A stretch of DNA of 64,000 nt, taken from an uncultured Acidimicrobiaceae bacterium. GTDB lineage: Bacteria; Actinomycetota; Acidimicrobiia; Acidimicrobiales; RAAP-2. The notes below the pieces were generated by a model. It saw only the letters and a list, made by a program, of their open reading frames with translations. It had not been told where the DNA came from and did not search any database. Positions 29,027 through 38,030 of the stretch are shown in pieces. The DNA is taken from contig CAVTPF010000004.1 of the NCBI GenBank assembly GCA_963736525.1, positions 44,989 through 108,988 of the forward strand. The letters are read 5' to 3'. Position 1 is the stretch's first letter; every line of letters begins with the position of its first letter. The position numbers were made by a program, and so were the translations under genes.

Positions 29027-30361
29027 ATGTCGCACAATCGACGGACGCATTTCGGGGCGGTCATGCCCGACGCTATGGTGCCGCTCAGGACAGGCCGAGG
29101 AGTTCGAGTCGTGCCATTTGCACCGCCCGCGAAGGTAGGCCGGGCTCTCCATACGTATGCCGGCGTGGGAGCGGGCGTGGCCCTGCTCGGCACCGCGCTG
29201 GTAACGCTGCTTCGGTTCCCGTCGGCGGCGCAGGCGACCCAACTCGTCCCGCCGGGCACGCAGCCCAACGTGACGGCACAGCCGGGCACGCCTCCCGCCG
29301 GTGCGGTCGTGATCACCGACGATGCCAACGCAAAGCAACTGGTCAAGCGGGAGCCCCCGGGGACGTCGTTCGTCATCGCGTCCGGGACGCACATGCTCTT
29401 CTCTGTGATTCCGCAGGCCGGGGACCGGTTCTACGCACAACCGGGCGCGGTGCTCGACGGCGCCCACATCGCCATCACCGCCTTCAAGCCGCCACACGGG
29501 GCCACGGCGGACAACGTGGCGATCATCGGTTCGAGCGCCGCCGATCCCCTGGTGATTGAGGATTACGGCAAGAGCCAGCATTCGCAGACGGGCGCCGTGC
29601 AGACCAACAGCCAATCGCCCGCCCCGGGTGTCTACTCGACCGGCTGGTGGCTGCAGTGGGTCGAGGTCACGGGGAGTTCGTCGCGCGGCATCTCGCTCTC
29701 CAACGACATGGTGGTCCTGCAGTGCAAGGTCATCGACAACGATCGCCTGGGGATCGGTGGTGGTGGCAACGGCGTCACCATCGTGGACTCCGTCGTCTCG
29801 GACAACGGGCTGCACGTGGCACACAAGGGATGGGAGGCCGGCGGCATCAAGACCATCGCCGACAACGTCCTGATCGCGGACGACCAGATCGACGGGAACG
29901 GGGCCCCGGGAATCTGGACGGACAGCGGGGCGACGGACGTCGCCGCCCTCAACAACCATCTGTCGGGAAACACCTACGGGGTTCGGGTCGAGATCAGCCA
30001 CGACGTGACGATCGCCGCCAACACCATCGTGAACAGCGCGCAGCAGTCGGTGCTCGTGATCGCCTCGTCCGACGTGACGGTCCGCGCCAACGCGCTGGAC
30101 GGGAACTTCGGCGGGATCATCGTCGGTGGTGTCGGCCGGTACAACAAGACAGGGATCCACCTCGACGACGTCTACGTGGACAACAACAGCGTCGTCGACT
30201 CGGGGGCGACCGGGCTGCACCAGACGCCCCCGGCCGGAACGACCATCCAGTTCGACTACGACCACTTCGTCGGCGGGCACCTGCAGTGGGACGGCCACCG
30301 GATCACCTTGAGTGAGCTCCAGGCACTCGGACAGGAGCGCCACGGGACGTGGGCACAGTGA
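29027..30361 (+). CDS. Right-handed parallel beta-helix repeat protein, secreted
   Basis: Repeated short turns such as ...VIDNDRLGIGGGGNGVTIVDSVVSDNG.. and ..LSGNTYGVRVEISHDVTIAANTIVNS. The ATG at 29027 follows GGAGG. Confidence 0.7.
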   Translation: MSHNRRTHFGAVMPDAMVPLRTGRGVRVVPFAPPAKVGRALHTYAGVGAGVALLGTALVTLLRFPSAAQATQLVPPGTQPNVTAQPGTPPAGAVVITDDANAKQLVKREPPGTSFVIASGTHMLFSVIPQAGDRFYAQPGAVLDGAHIAITAFKPPHGATADNVAIIGSSAADPLVIEDYGKSQHSQTGAVQTNSQSPAPGVYSTGWWLQWVEVTGSSSRGISLSNDMVVLQCKVIDNDRLGIGGGGNGVTIVDSVVSDNGLHVAHKGWEAGGIKTIADNVLIADDQIDGNGAPGIWTDSGATDVAALNNHLSGNTYGVRVEISHDVTIAANTIVNSAQQSVLVIASSDVTVRANALDGNFGGIIVGGVGRYNKTGIHLDDVYVDNNSVVDSGATGLHQTPPAGTTIQFDYDHFVGGHLQWDGHRITLSELQALGQERHGTWAQ

Positions 30362-31962
30362 CGACCACCGGGTCGGGCACCCACCGGACCCACCGCGTAC
30401 AGACACCGAAGGCGCACAGAGCGGAAGCGCCGGCGGTCGACACCGACGCGGGTACGTTCGCCAGCGAGCTCCGGCTGCTCACCCGGGGCAGCTCGTTCGG
30501 CTTTGCCGGTCAGGCCGCCAGCGCCTTGCTGGCCTTCGGGTTCTCCCTGGCGGTGGGCCGGCTCTTCCATGCCGAGGGAACCGGGACGTTCTTCGAAGCG
30601 ATGGCCATCTTCACCATCGCCAGCAACGTGGGCGACCTCGGCGCCGACGACGGCCTGAACTGGTCGGTGCCCCGTCTCCGCGCCGCCGGGAAATCCGCCG
30701 ACATTCGTCGGCTGCTGCCGATCGCCTGCGTGCCCGTGCTGGTCATCTCCTCACTCTTCGCTCTGGCCCTCTTTGCCTTCGCGGTGCCAATCGCGCACCT
30801 CTTCACGCACGGGCACAACTCGACCCACCTGTCTTCGTTCATACGGATCCTCTGTCCCTTCGTCCCCGTCGCCGCGCTGGTGGAGGTGCTGATCGCCGGG
30901 ACCCGTGGGTTCGACCGGGTGTGGCCTCTTGCTGCCATTTGGTCGGTCATCATGCCGGCGTGCCGGCTCCTGTTGCTTCCCGTCCTCATCGCATCGGGCC
31001 TGGGGCTGCTCGCCGTCGCATACGCCTGGTCCGTGCCCATCGTGCTCGGTGCCGCCGCCATGCTGTGGACCCTGTGGATGTTCGTGGAGCGCGAGCACAG
31101 GTCGGCGGGCTCCGTCCACTCACCGGAGCGGACGAGGGTCCTGGCCCGCGCGTTCTGGACCTTCAGCGCCCCCCGGGGAGCGGCCTCCATTTGCGCCATG
31201 GCCCTGGTCTGGCTCGATGTCCTGCTCGTCGGCTACATCGTGTCGTTGCGCATGGCGGGGATCTACGGCGTGGCCAACCGCTACCTGGTCGTCGTGACCT
31301 TCGCCCTGGCAGCCGTGGGTGGGACCATCGGACCCCAGGTCAGCCGGCTGCTGTCCCTGGGACGGGTGCACGAAGTGCGGCGCCTGTACCAGGCGGCGAC
31401 GGCATGGGTGATGGCGATCGGGTGGCCCGTGTCGCTGATGCTGGCGCTCTTCGCCCCGTTCTTCATGCGGCTCTTCGGCCGGGAGTTCGCCGCCGGCGCC
31501 ACCGCCCTCACGATCCTGGCGTTGATGATGCTCTACGTCTCGGCCACGGGGAACAACACCGTCCTCCTCGTCATGTCCGGCAAGACGTCGACCAGCCTGT
31601 ACGTCGGCGTCATCACGTTGGCGGTGAACGTGGGGGCCAACCTGTACCTCATCCCGCGCCTTGGCATCAACGGTGCCGCATTGGCATGGGCGCTGAGCCT
31701 GCTCGTCGCCAACGCGATCATCACGGTGATCCTCTACCGGCGGCTGCGGCTCCATCCTCTGGGCCCGGCCTTCCTGCCGGTGATCGCGTCGGCGGTGTTG
31801 CTCGTCGGCGTGCCCGGACTGCTCTTCCGGGTGGCGTTCGGCACGCACTGGCCGGCCCTCCTGGCGACGGGCGTCGTCGCGGGCTCGGCATACCTGTACA
31901 GCCTGTGGAGGCTTCGCGAGAAGATGGAGCTCCCCGCGCTGTCGTCGGCGCTCCGTTCGTGA
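30349..31962 (+). CDS. Polysaccharide flippase (Wzx / oligosaccharide flippase family)
   Basis: About 12-14 hydrophobic helices and a polysaccharide-biosynthesis-protein-like N-terminus. The GTG start overlaps the upstream stop. Confidence 0.7.
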   Translation: MGTVTTTGSGTHRTHRVQTPKAHRAEAPAVDTDAGTFASELRLLTRGSSFGFAGQAASALLAFGFSLAVGRLFHAEGTGTFFEAMAIFTIASNVGDLGADDGLNWSVPRLRAAGKSADIRRLLPIACVPVLVISSLFALALFAFAVPIAHLFTHGHNSTHLSSFIRILCPFVPVAALVEVLIAGTRGFDRVWPLAAIWSVIMPACRLLLLPVLIASGLGLLAVAYAWSVPIVLGAAAMLWTLWMFVEREHRSAGSVHSPERTRVLARAFWTFSAPRGAASICAMALVWLDVLLVGYIVSLRMAGIYGVANRYLVVVTFALAAVGGTIGPQVSRLLSLGRVHEVRRLYQAATAWVMAIGWPVSLMLALFAPFFMRLFGREFAAGATALTILALMMLYVSATGNNTVLLVMSGKTSTSLYVGVITLAVNVGANLYLIPRLGINGAALAWALSLLVANAIITVILYRRLRLHPLGPAFLPVIASAVLLVGVPGLLFRVAFGTHWPALLATGVVAGSAYLYSLWRLREKMELPALSSALRS

Positions 31963-33185
31963 GAGTCCTCGTCGCCGCGTTCGCCTGCCGGCCGGGCGGG
32001 AGCTCGGAGACCGGCGTCGGGTGGGCGGTGGCGCGTGCCAACGCACGGCTCGGGCACGAGACGGTGCTGATCACCCAGCCCCGACATCGTGACGCGATTG
32101 AGGCCGCGCTCGCCGACGACGAGCAGCTGGCGCGCTGTCTCCGCCCCGTGTACATGGGCCTACCGGCGGGGCTGATGGAGACCTGGCAGGCCAAGGGTGG
32201 CCTGCGCGGCCTGCAGCTCTACAACCTGGTCTGGCAGGTGCGCCTGGCCCGGGTGGCGCGGCGCCTACACCGGCAGACCCCATTCGACGTCGGGCATCAC
32301 GTCACCCTCTCGACCGACTGGATCCCGAGCGGGTTGGCCTGGGTGCCGGACCTCAAAGTCGTGTGGGGGCCGCTCGGCGGCAGCGAACGCGTCCCGGTGC
32401 CGTGCCGGCCCTTCCTCGGACCCAGGGGCCGCGTCACCGAACTGGCCAGGGCGCTCGGAACCACGCCGATGCGAGCCGTCTTCGCGGGCGCCGCGGCGCG
32501 GCGGTGCTCGCTGCTCCTGGCGCAGAACGACGACGAGGCGACGGCACTGCGGCGCGTCGGGACGCCCGTCGATGTCAGACCGAACGTCTTCCTCGAGGCG
32601 GATTTCGCCGGAGGGGACATCACGCCACCAGCGACGGCGCACACGGCGCACCACTGCGCCGTGTTCGTAGGTCGGCTGCTGGCCTGGAAAGGTGTGCACC
32701 TGGCGGTGGCGGCGATGGCGCAGCCCGAGGCGGCCGCCTGGACCCTGGAGTTCTTCGGTGACGGACCCGAGCGGGGACGGCTCACCAGGTCGATCGCCGA
32801 GCGCGGCCTGCAGGAGCGCGTCAGCGTCGTGGGCCAGCGACCCCGCGCCGAAGTGCGGACCGCGCTGGCCACCGCGGACGTCCTCTTCTTCCCGAGTATG
32901 CGGGAGGCCGCGGGCTGGGTCGTGGCGGAAGCGCTGGCGGTGGGCTGCCCCGTCGTCTGCCTGCGGGCCGGCGGGCCACCGCTCATCGCCGGCGCGGCGG
33001 GCATCGCGGTGCCGCCGGGCCCCCACCTCGCACGGTCGCTCGCCCAGAGCCTGGCCGCCGCCGTCCAGCTGCCGCGCACCGTCGTGCGCTGGGACGAGAC
33101 GCAGCTGCCGGCGCTCCTCGACCGGTGGTACTCGACCGTCGGCGCGCGCGACGACCTCGACCGCTCCACCACCACACGCGCGTGA
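31959..33185 (+). CDS. Glycosyltransferase family 4 (GT-B)
   Basis: The GTG overlaps the flippase stop (GTGA). Motifs: VRVLVAAFACRPGGSSETGVGW and FVGRLLAWKG...FFPSMREAAGWVVAEALAVGCPVV (E-x7-E region). Confidence 0.8.
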   Translation: MRVLVAAFACRPGGSSETGVGWAVARANARLGHETVLITQPRHRDAIEAALADDEQLARCLRPVYMGLPAGLMETWQAKGGLRGLQLYNLVWQVRLARVARRLHRQTPFDVGHHVTLSTDWIPSGLAWVPDLKVVWGPLGGSERVPVPCRPFLGPRGRVTELARALGTTPMRAVFAGAAARRCSLLLAQNDDEATALRRVGTPVDVRPNVFLEADFAGGDITPPATAHTAHHCAVFVGRLLAWKGVHLAVAAMAQPEAAAWTLEFFGDGPERGRLTRSIAERGLQERVSVVGQRPRAEVRTALATADVLFFPSMREAAGWVVAEALAVGCPVVCLRAGGPPLIAGAAGIAVPPGPHLARSLAQSLAAAVQLPRTVVRWDETQLPALLDRWYSTVGARDDLDRSTTTRA

Positions 33186-34147
33186 GTGCCCTGCAGGTCG
33201 TCTACATCTCGGGGGCGCCGAGGAGCGGCACGACGGTGCTCGGCATGGCGCTCGGACAACTCGAGGCGGCCTGTGACATCGGGGAGTTCTGGGCGCTGTG
33301 GCGGCCGGCGTTCCGCTCCGGTGACCTGTGCGGCTGCGGGACACCGGTGCGGGAGTGTGCGTTCTGGCTCGCGGTCGCGGAGCGGTCCCTCGGGCCCGAC
33401 TTCGAGGCGAGGGGCGCGTCACTGGGCGCCCTCCACAAGCGCACGCTGGGCACGCTCAGCGCCCCCCGGGTCTGGATGCACGTGACGGGCCGGCGGCGGC
33501 GTCCCGAGTACGACGACTACGCCGACGCGCTGGGCCGCCACTACCGCGCCATCGCGGACGTGTCGGGCGCCCGGCTGATCATCGACTCCTCCAAGATGGC
33601 CGCCGACGCTCTGCTCGCCAGCACCGTTCCGGACATCTCCCTCTCGGTCATCCACCTCGTGCGCGACCCGCGCGCGGTGGCGTGGTCATGGCGCCGCCAG
33701 CGCCGCCAACCCGGGCCCCAGGGACGGGAGATGCAGCAGCAGGGCGTGCTCGCCACCGCCGCCCGGTGGGACGCCTACAACGCGTTTGCCGAGGCCCTCC
33801 TGGCTCCCCGCCTGGGTGAGCGGTTCCGCAGTCTCCGCTACGAGGATCTCCTGGCCCGTCCCGAGCAGCACATTGCGGACCTCGCCCTCTGGCTCGGGGC
33901 CGAGCCCGGCGCTGTCACGATCGAGGGGACTCCCCCCGTCCTCGCCATGACACGCGCGTCGCACCCCGTGTGGGGCAACCCCGTTCGCACGGCGACCGGA
34001 TCGATACCGCTGCGGGAGGACTCCGAGTGGCGGGACCGCATGCCCGCGCTCGACCGGGGCATTGCCACGCTCATGACGCTCCCGTTCCTGGTGCGCTACC
34101 ACTACCCCATGGGACGGACGATGGCCGAGGGCCGGCCGACGCGGTAG
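33182..34147 (+). CDS. Sulfotransferase family protein
   Basis: 5'-PSB loop ISGAPRSGTT, 3'-PB HLVRDPRAVAWSW and a CGCG...C motif. The GTG overlaps the GT4 stop. Confidence 0.75.
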   Translation: MSALQVVYISGAPRSGTTVLGMALGQLEAACDIGEFWALWRPAFRSGDLCGCGTPVRECAFWLAVAERSLGPDFEARGASLGALHKRTLGTLSAPRVWMHVTGRRRRPEYDDYADALGRHYRAIADVSGARLIIDSSKMAADALLASTVPDISLSVIHLVRDPRAVAWSWRRQRRQPGPQGREMQQQGVLATAARWDAYNAFAEALLAPRLGERFRSLRYEDLLARPEQHIADLALWLGAEPGAVTIEGTPPVLAMTRASHPVWGNPVRTATGSIPLREDSEWRDRMPALDRGIATLMTLPFLVRYHYPMGRTMAEGRPTR

Positions 34148-35082
34148 CCGTACCGCCCCATGAGGGGGAAGGCACCAACGGTGGCCTTCCGGCGGTCCAT
34201 CTGCATCATCTCCGTCTCCCAACGCCGGTCGGCCGACAGGTGCACGACTCCCGTGCGCATCCGGCTCGGATTGCCGGCAACCGTGTGGGAACGGGCGAGC
34301 CGTACCTCGTCGGTCGCCAGGAACGGGAGATCGGTCGGTGAACGGCCGAAGCGCTCGAGCACGTGACTGAGCTCGCGGGCTGGCTCCTCCATGACGTCCT
34401 CGTAGCGGAGCGCCACGTAGCGCCGCCCGAGGCGTGGCCGGATGAGCATCTCGATCGCACTGTTCCACGCCGTCCACCAGGCGGCGCTGTGCAACGCGCC
34501 ATGGTGCGGCGGGTGATCGACGCCACCCTCCACGGAGCCGTTCCTGTTGGGTCGCTCCCAGGAGAAGGCTACCGCCCGAGGGTCGCGCACGATGTGCAGC
34601 ACCGTGAGATCGACGTCGGGCCGCGACGCCAGGAGTAGCGCCTCGGCCGGGTGCTTCGACGAGTCGACGATGACCGCTTCACCCGTCGAGGCGAGCAGGG
34701 CCTGGTAGATGCCCGAGAGCACGTCCCCGTAGTTGATGGCGGTGTCGGGCGCACGTGGGGACCGTCGCCGCGCCGCCCAGTAGAGCGCGGGGAGGTCGCG
34801 CGTCCGCGCACTCTGATCCCGCATGGAACGGATCGTTCGCGTCGTGTACCCCGTCGCGGTCTCCATGGAATGCAACAACGGGCCCCACAGAGGGCAGTGC
34901 TCGACGACCTCACCGCAACCGCACAGGTGGAGCGCCGGGTCGGTGTCCCACAGCGAGCGCAGTTCGCCGACCGACAAGAACCCGGGAACCTGACCGAGGA
35001 CGCGATCGATGATCGTGGTTCCGCTCCGGCCCCACCCGCAGATGTACAGCACGCGGGATCGGACCAACGGATGTGGCCGCAT
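34102..35082 (-). CDS. Sulfotransferase family protein (paralogue, convergent)
   Basis: ICGWGRSGTT, HIVRDPRAVAFSW and CGCG...C. Only the last 327 codons of ORF 34102..36222 are real. Its 3' end overlaps the other sulfotransferase by 46 nt. Confidence 0.75.
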   Translation of the reverse strand: MRPHPLVRSRVLYICGWGRSGTTIIDRVLGQVPGFLSVGELRSLWDTDPALHLCGCGEVVEHCPLWGPLLHSMETATGYTTRTIRSMRDQSARTRDLPALYWAARRRSPRAPDTAINYGDVLSGIYQALLASTGEAVIVDSSKHPAEALLLASRPDVDLTVLHIVRDPRAVAFSWERPNRNGSVEGGVDHPPHHGALHSAAWWTAWNSAIEMLIRPRLGRRYVALRYEDVMEEPARELSHVLERFGRSPTDLPFLATDEVRLARSHTVAGNPSRMRTGVVHLSADRRWETEMMQMDRRKATVGAFPLMGRYGYRVGRPSAIVRPMG

Positions 35083-35304
35083 GCAGCGAGCGTATCCCCG
35101 CATGTTTCGCCGTCTCCATCCGGGCTGCGGAAGTGAACGTTGCATGGCTGTTTCGCGAACTCCTCGCGTCAGCGTGACACGCAGGAGACAGCCACTCGAC
35201 ATCTCTCCTCTCGCCTCAACGGGCGCGGAACCCCTTCGGTATGCTGCGCGGACCAGGTGGTGGCGACGGATCTCGGAGGCGGTGCAGCCTTGCAGGAGGA
35301 CGAC

Positions 35305-37212
35305 ATGACTGAGGTCGAGCGACCCCTCGACGATGGTGCGGAGGACGTCGGCGGCCGGCTCTCGAGCCGGCGAAACATGCTGCTGATGAGCCTCGCCGCC
35401 ATGGGCGGCGCCGCCGCCGCGACGGCGGGTTCCGAATTGCTGTCGTCGGATCCCGCCGGAGCCGACTTCGAGGCCATCCTCATCGATTCGGTGAACGTGG
35501 GAGCCCCCAATGAGGTCACCGTGCTGCAGCCGAATGCGAGCGGCAACACGTTCGGCAGCCTGTTCCGCGCCGCCATCCAGGACTGGGGCGGGCAGGTCTA
35601 CAACGTGAGGGCGTACGGCGCCACGGGCAACGGGAGCACCGACGACACGGCCGCCATTCAAGCGGCCCAGGCTGCGGCGGGACCCGGCTGCGTGTACTTC
35701 CCGCCGGGGACGTACCTGGTGGGCAGCCCGGGGGACGGGTCGCTCACCATCGGGACGCCGGGCCAGACCTTCAAGCTCGAGGCTGGTGCCGTCATCATGG
35801 CCGCCAGCGGCATGACGGCGCCGGTGATCACGGTCAACGTGGCCGGTGTCTCGCTCCTCGGGCCGGGGACGATCGACGGCAACGCGAGCGGGCAGACCGG
35901 GACGCCCGGCACCCAATTCGACTGCGTGCTGTTCATCACGTCGGGCAGCACGCTGGGCGACGACGGACTGGTCCAGGGCCTGGTCGTGCAGAACTCGGCG
36001 TGGATCGGGATCGAGACCATCAATGTGAATCGGACCCGGATCGTCCTCAACCAGATACTCAGCTGCGCGCAGGGTGCCATCTCGTCCAAGTCCACCAGCG
36101 CCAGTCCTGTCGTCGAGGGACCGAGCGTGATCGGCAACCGCGTCTCTCTCGCCGCGACGAACGTCAATGCCGGCATCAACGTGCAGGCGACCAACTCGAC
36201 CAACCCGGTGCTCTACGCGCAAATCAGTGACAATCAGGTCGACATCCCGAACGACACGGATGCGCTGGGGTACCAGGTCGAGAACTGTGCCTACTCACGT
36301 GTGGTCGGCAACCGGGGCCGCTCGCAGGGCCAGGTGTTCTCCGTCGTGGGAGGCACGGACAACGTCGTGATGGGCAACACGGCCCTCGCCATCGGCAACG
36401 GAACGGGCATAGAGTTGGGATCGAATTACTCCACGTGCATCGGAAACACGGTCGCGGCCCAGAGCTCGGGATCGGGCATCCACGCCGACAACGTCGCCGG
36501 CACCCACGTCGTCATCTCCAACAACAAGGTGACCGGTGCCCACAACGCCGGCATCAGCGTCGGTTCGTACGACCATGTGGTCGTCACTGGGAACATCGTG
36601 CACCAGTCGAGCGCCGCGGCCGCGGGATTCGGGGTGATCGAGGTCTCACCAACCAACGCAGGCCTGATCGTCATCGCGGACAACGTCCTGGACGCCCAGT
36701 CGGCGACCCAGTACGCCGTGCTCGTCGACAACCTCACGTCGACCTCGCTCCAGACCGTGATCCATGACAACACCATCCTCGGGATACCCTCAGGGGCGTC
36801 AAATGCGGCCTTTCGGTTCTCCGGCGCGGGGGTGGTGACGGACCTCCTCGTGCACGACAACACCATCGGCTCGGGCATCGTCGTCTACACACTCCTGCCG
36901 GGGCTGTCCTTCGGAGCCAACGTGCGCTTCGTCCACAACATCGTCGTGGGTGGCGCACCCGGCTTCGGGGTCAGCCCCGTCACCTTGCCGGCGTCGGGAT
37001 CTGCCTACACCAACCCCGGCCCATACACCGAGATCCTCTACCTGCAGGGCGGACGACTGGGCCCCCACAGCGGCGTGGTCAAGGACGGCCGCGACATCGT
37101 GCCGAGCGGCGTGGTCCTGAAGACTCCAGCGGCCATCTGGCTGGACCCGGGTGAGTCCGTGACCACCACCTACACCGTCGCACCGACGGCGTGGAAGGAC
37201 ATCAAGGTCTAG
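35305..37212 (+). CDS. Pectate-lyase-superfamily beta-helix protein with a Tat-type signal
   Basis: SSRRNMLLMSLAAMGGAAAATAG (twin-Arg), VRAYGATGNGSTDDTAAIQAAQ (Pectate_lyase_3-type N-cap), then beta-helix turns. The ATG follows CAGGAGGA. Confidence 0.7.
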   Translation: MTEVERPLDDGAEDVGGRLSSRRNMLLMSLAAMGGAAAATAGSELLSSDPAGADFEAILIDSVNVGAPNEVTVLQPNASGNTFGSLFRAAIQDWGGQVYNVRAYGATGNGSTDDTAAIQAAQAAAGPGCVYFPPGTYLVGSPGDGSLTIGTPGQTFKLEAGAVIMAASGMTAPVITVNVAGVSLLGPGTIDGNASGQTGTPGTQFDCVLFITSGSTLGDDGLVQGLVVQNSAWIGIETINVNRTRIVLNQILSCAQGAISSKSTSASPVVEGPSVIGNRVSLAATNVNAGINVQATNSTNPVLYAQISDNQVDIPNDTDALGYQVENCAYSRVVGNRGRSQGQVFSVVGGTDNVVMGNTALAIGNGTGIELGSNYSTCIGNTVAAQSSGSGIHADNVAGTHVVISNNKVTGAHNAGISVGSYDHVVVTGNIVHQSSAAAAGFGVIEVSPTNAGLIVIADNVLDAQSATQYAVLVDNLTSTSLQTVIHDNTILGIPSGASNAAFRFSGAGVVTDLLVHDNTIGSGIVVYTLLPGLSFGANVRFVHNIVVGGAPGFGVSPVTLPASGSAYTNPGPYTEILYLQGGRLGPHSGVVKDGRDIVPSGVVLKTPAAIWLDPGESVTTTYTVAPTAWKDIKV

Positions 37213-37217
37213 CGGTC

Positions 37218-38030
37218 GTGAACACCGGGGCTGAGCCAGTCCCTCGGGTCGACGTGCTGGGGGTGGGCATCTCGTGTGTCGATCTCGAGACCACGACGGA
37301 GATCTTCGCGAAGTGGATCGCCAACGAGGCGCGCCGGTACGTCTGCGTGACCGGCATGCACGGCGTCATGGAGTCCCAATCGGACGACGCGCTCCGGGAA
37401 ATCCACAACGCATCGGGCCTCACGACGCCCGACGGCATGTCCATGGTCTATGCGGGCCGCTGGGCGGGAGCCCGGCTCGCACGGGTCTACGGGCCCGATC
37501 TGATGGAGGAGGTCCTGGCGGCGGCGCAGGAGGCCGGGTGGTCGAGTTACTTCGTGGGCGGGGCACCCGGGGTCGCGTCGCGTCTCGTCTCGATGCTGCG
37601 GGGCCGGTTCCCAGGCCTCGTGGTCGCCGGATCCTCGAGTCCCCCCTTCCGGCGCCTCAGCGCGGCCGAGGACGAGGAGCTCGTGCAGGAGATCAATGGG
37701 TCGGGGGCCGACATCGTCTGGGTCGGCCTCGGGACGCCCAAGCAGGAGTTCTGGATGGCCGAGCACCGGTCCCGGCTCGAGCCGGCGGTGCTCGTGGGTG
37801 TCGGAGCGGCCTTCGATCTCCTCTCCGGAACCGTCCGCCAGGCCCCCCGCTGGGTGCAGCGGAGCGGCTTCGAGTGGCTCTTCCGGCTGGCCGTGGAGCC
37901 CCGGCGGCTCTGGCGGCGCTACCTCCTCAACATCCCCCGCTTCGCGGTGGCGCTGGTGCGCCGGCCCCCGACGATGCGGCCGACCCCTCCGGGGTCCCCC
38001 CTAGCGCACCTTGACGAACAAGGCGTGTGA
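37218..38030 (+). CDS. WecB/TagA/CpsF family glycosyltransferase
   Basis: VDVLGVGISCVD..., TPDGMSMVYAGR, VGLGTPKQEFWM and SGFEWLFRLAVEPRRLWRRYL. Confidence 0.8.
   Translation: MNTGAEPVPRVDVLGVGISCVDLETTTEIFAKWIANEARRYVCVTGMHGVMESQSDDALREIHNASGLTTPDGMSMVYAGRWAGARLARVYGPDLMEEVLAAAQEAGWSSYFVGGAPGVASRLVSMLRGRFPGLVVAGSSSPPFRRLSAAEDEELVQEINGSGADIVWVGLGTPKQEFWMAEHRSRLEPAVLVGVGAAFDLLSGTVRQAPRWVQRSGFEWLFRLAVEPRRLWRRYLLNIPRFAVALVRRPPTMRPTPPGSPLAHLDEQGV

Noticed and set aside
34102-36222. A single 706-aa protein.
   Set aside because: Only the C-terminal 327 codons are sulfotransferase-like. The N-terminal part is antisense to the Tat beta-helix gene and lacks motifs. The same reasoning trimmed 5120..6940, 15695..17257, 20810..22195, 24960..26879, 30312..33185, 39607..41583 and 43083..45848.
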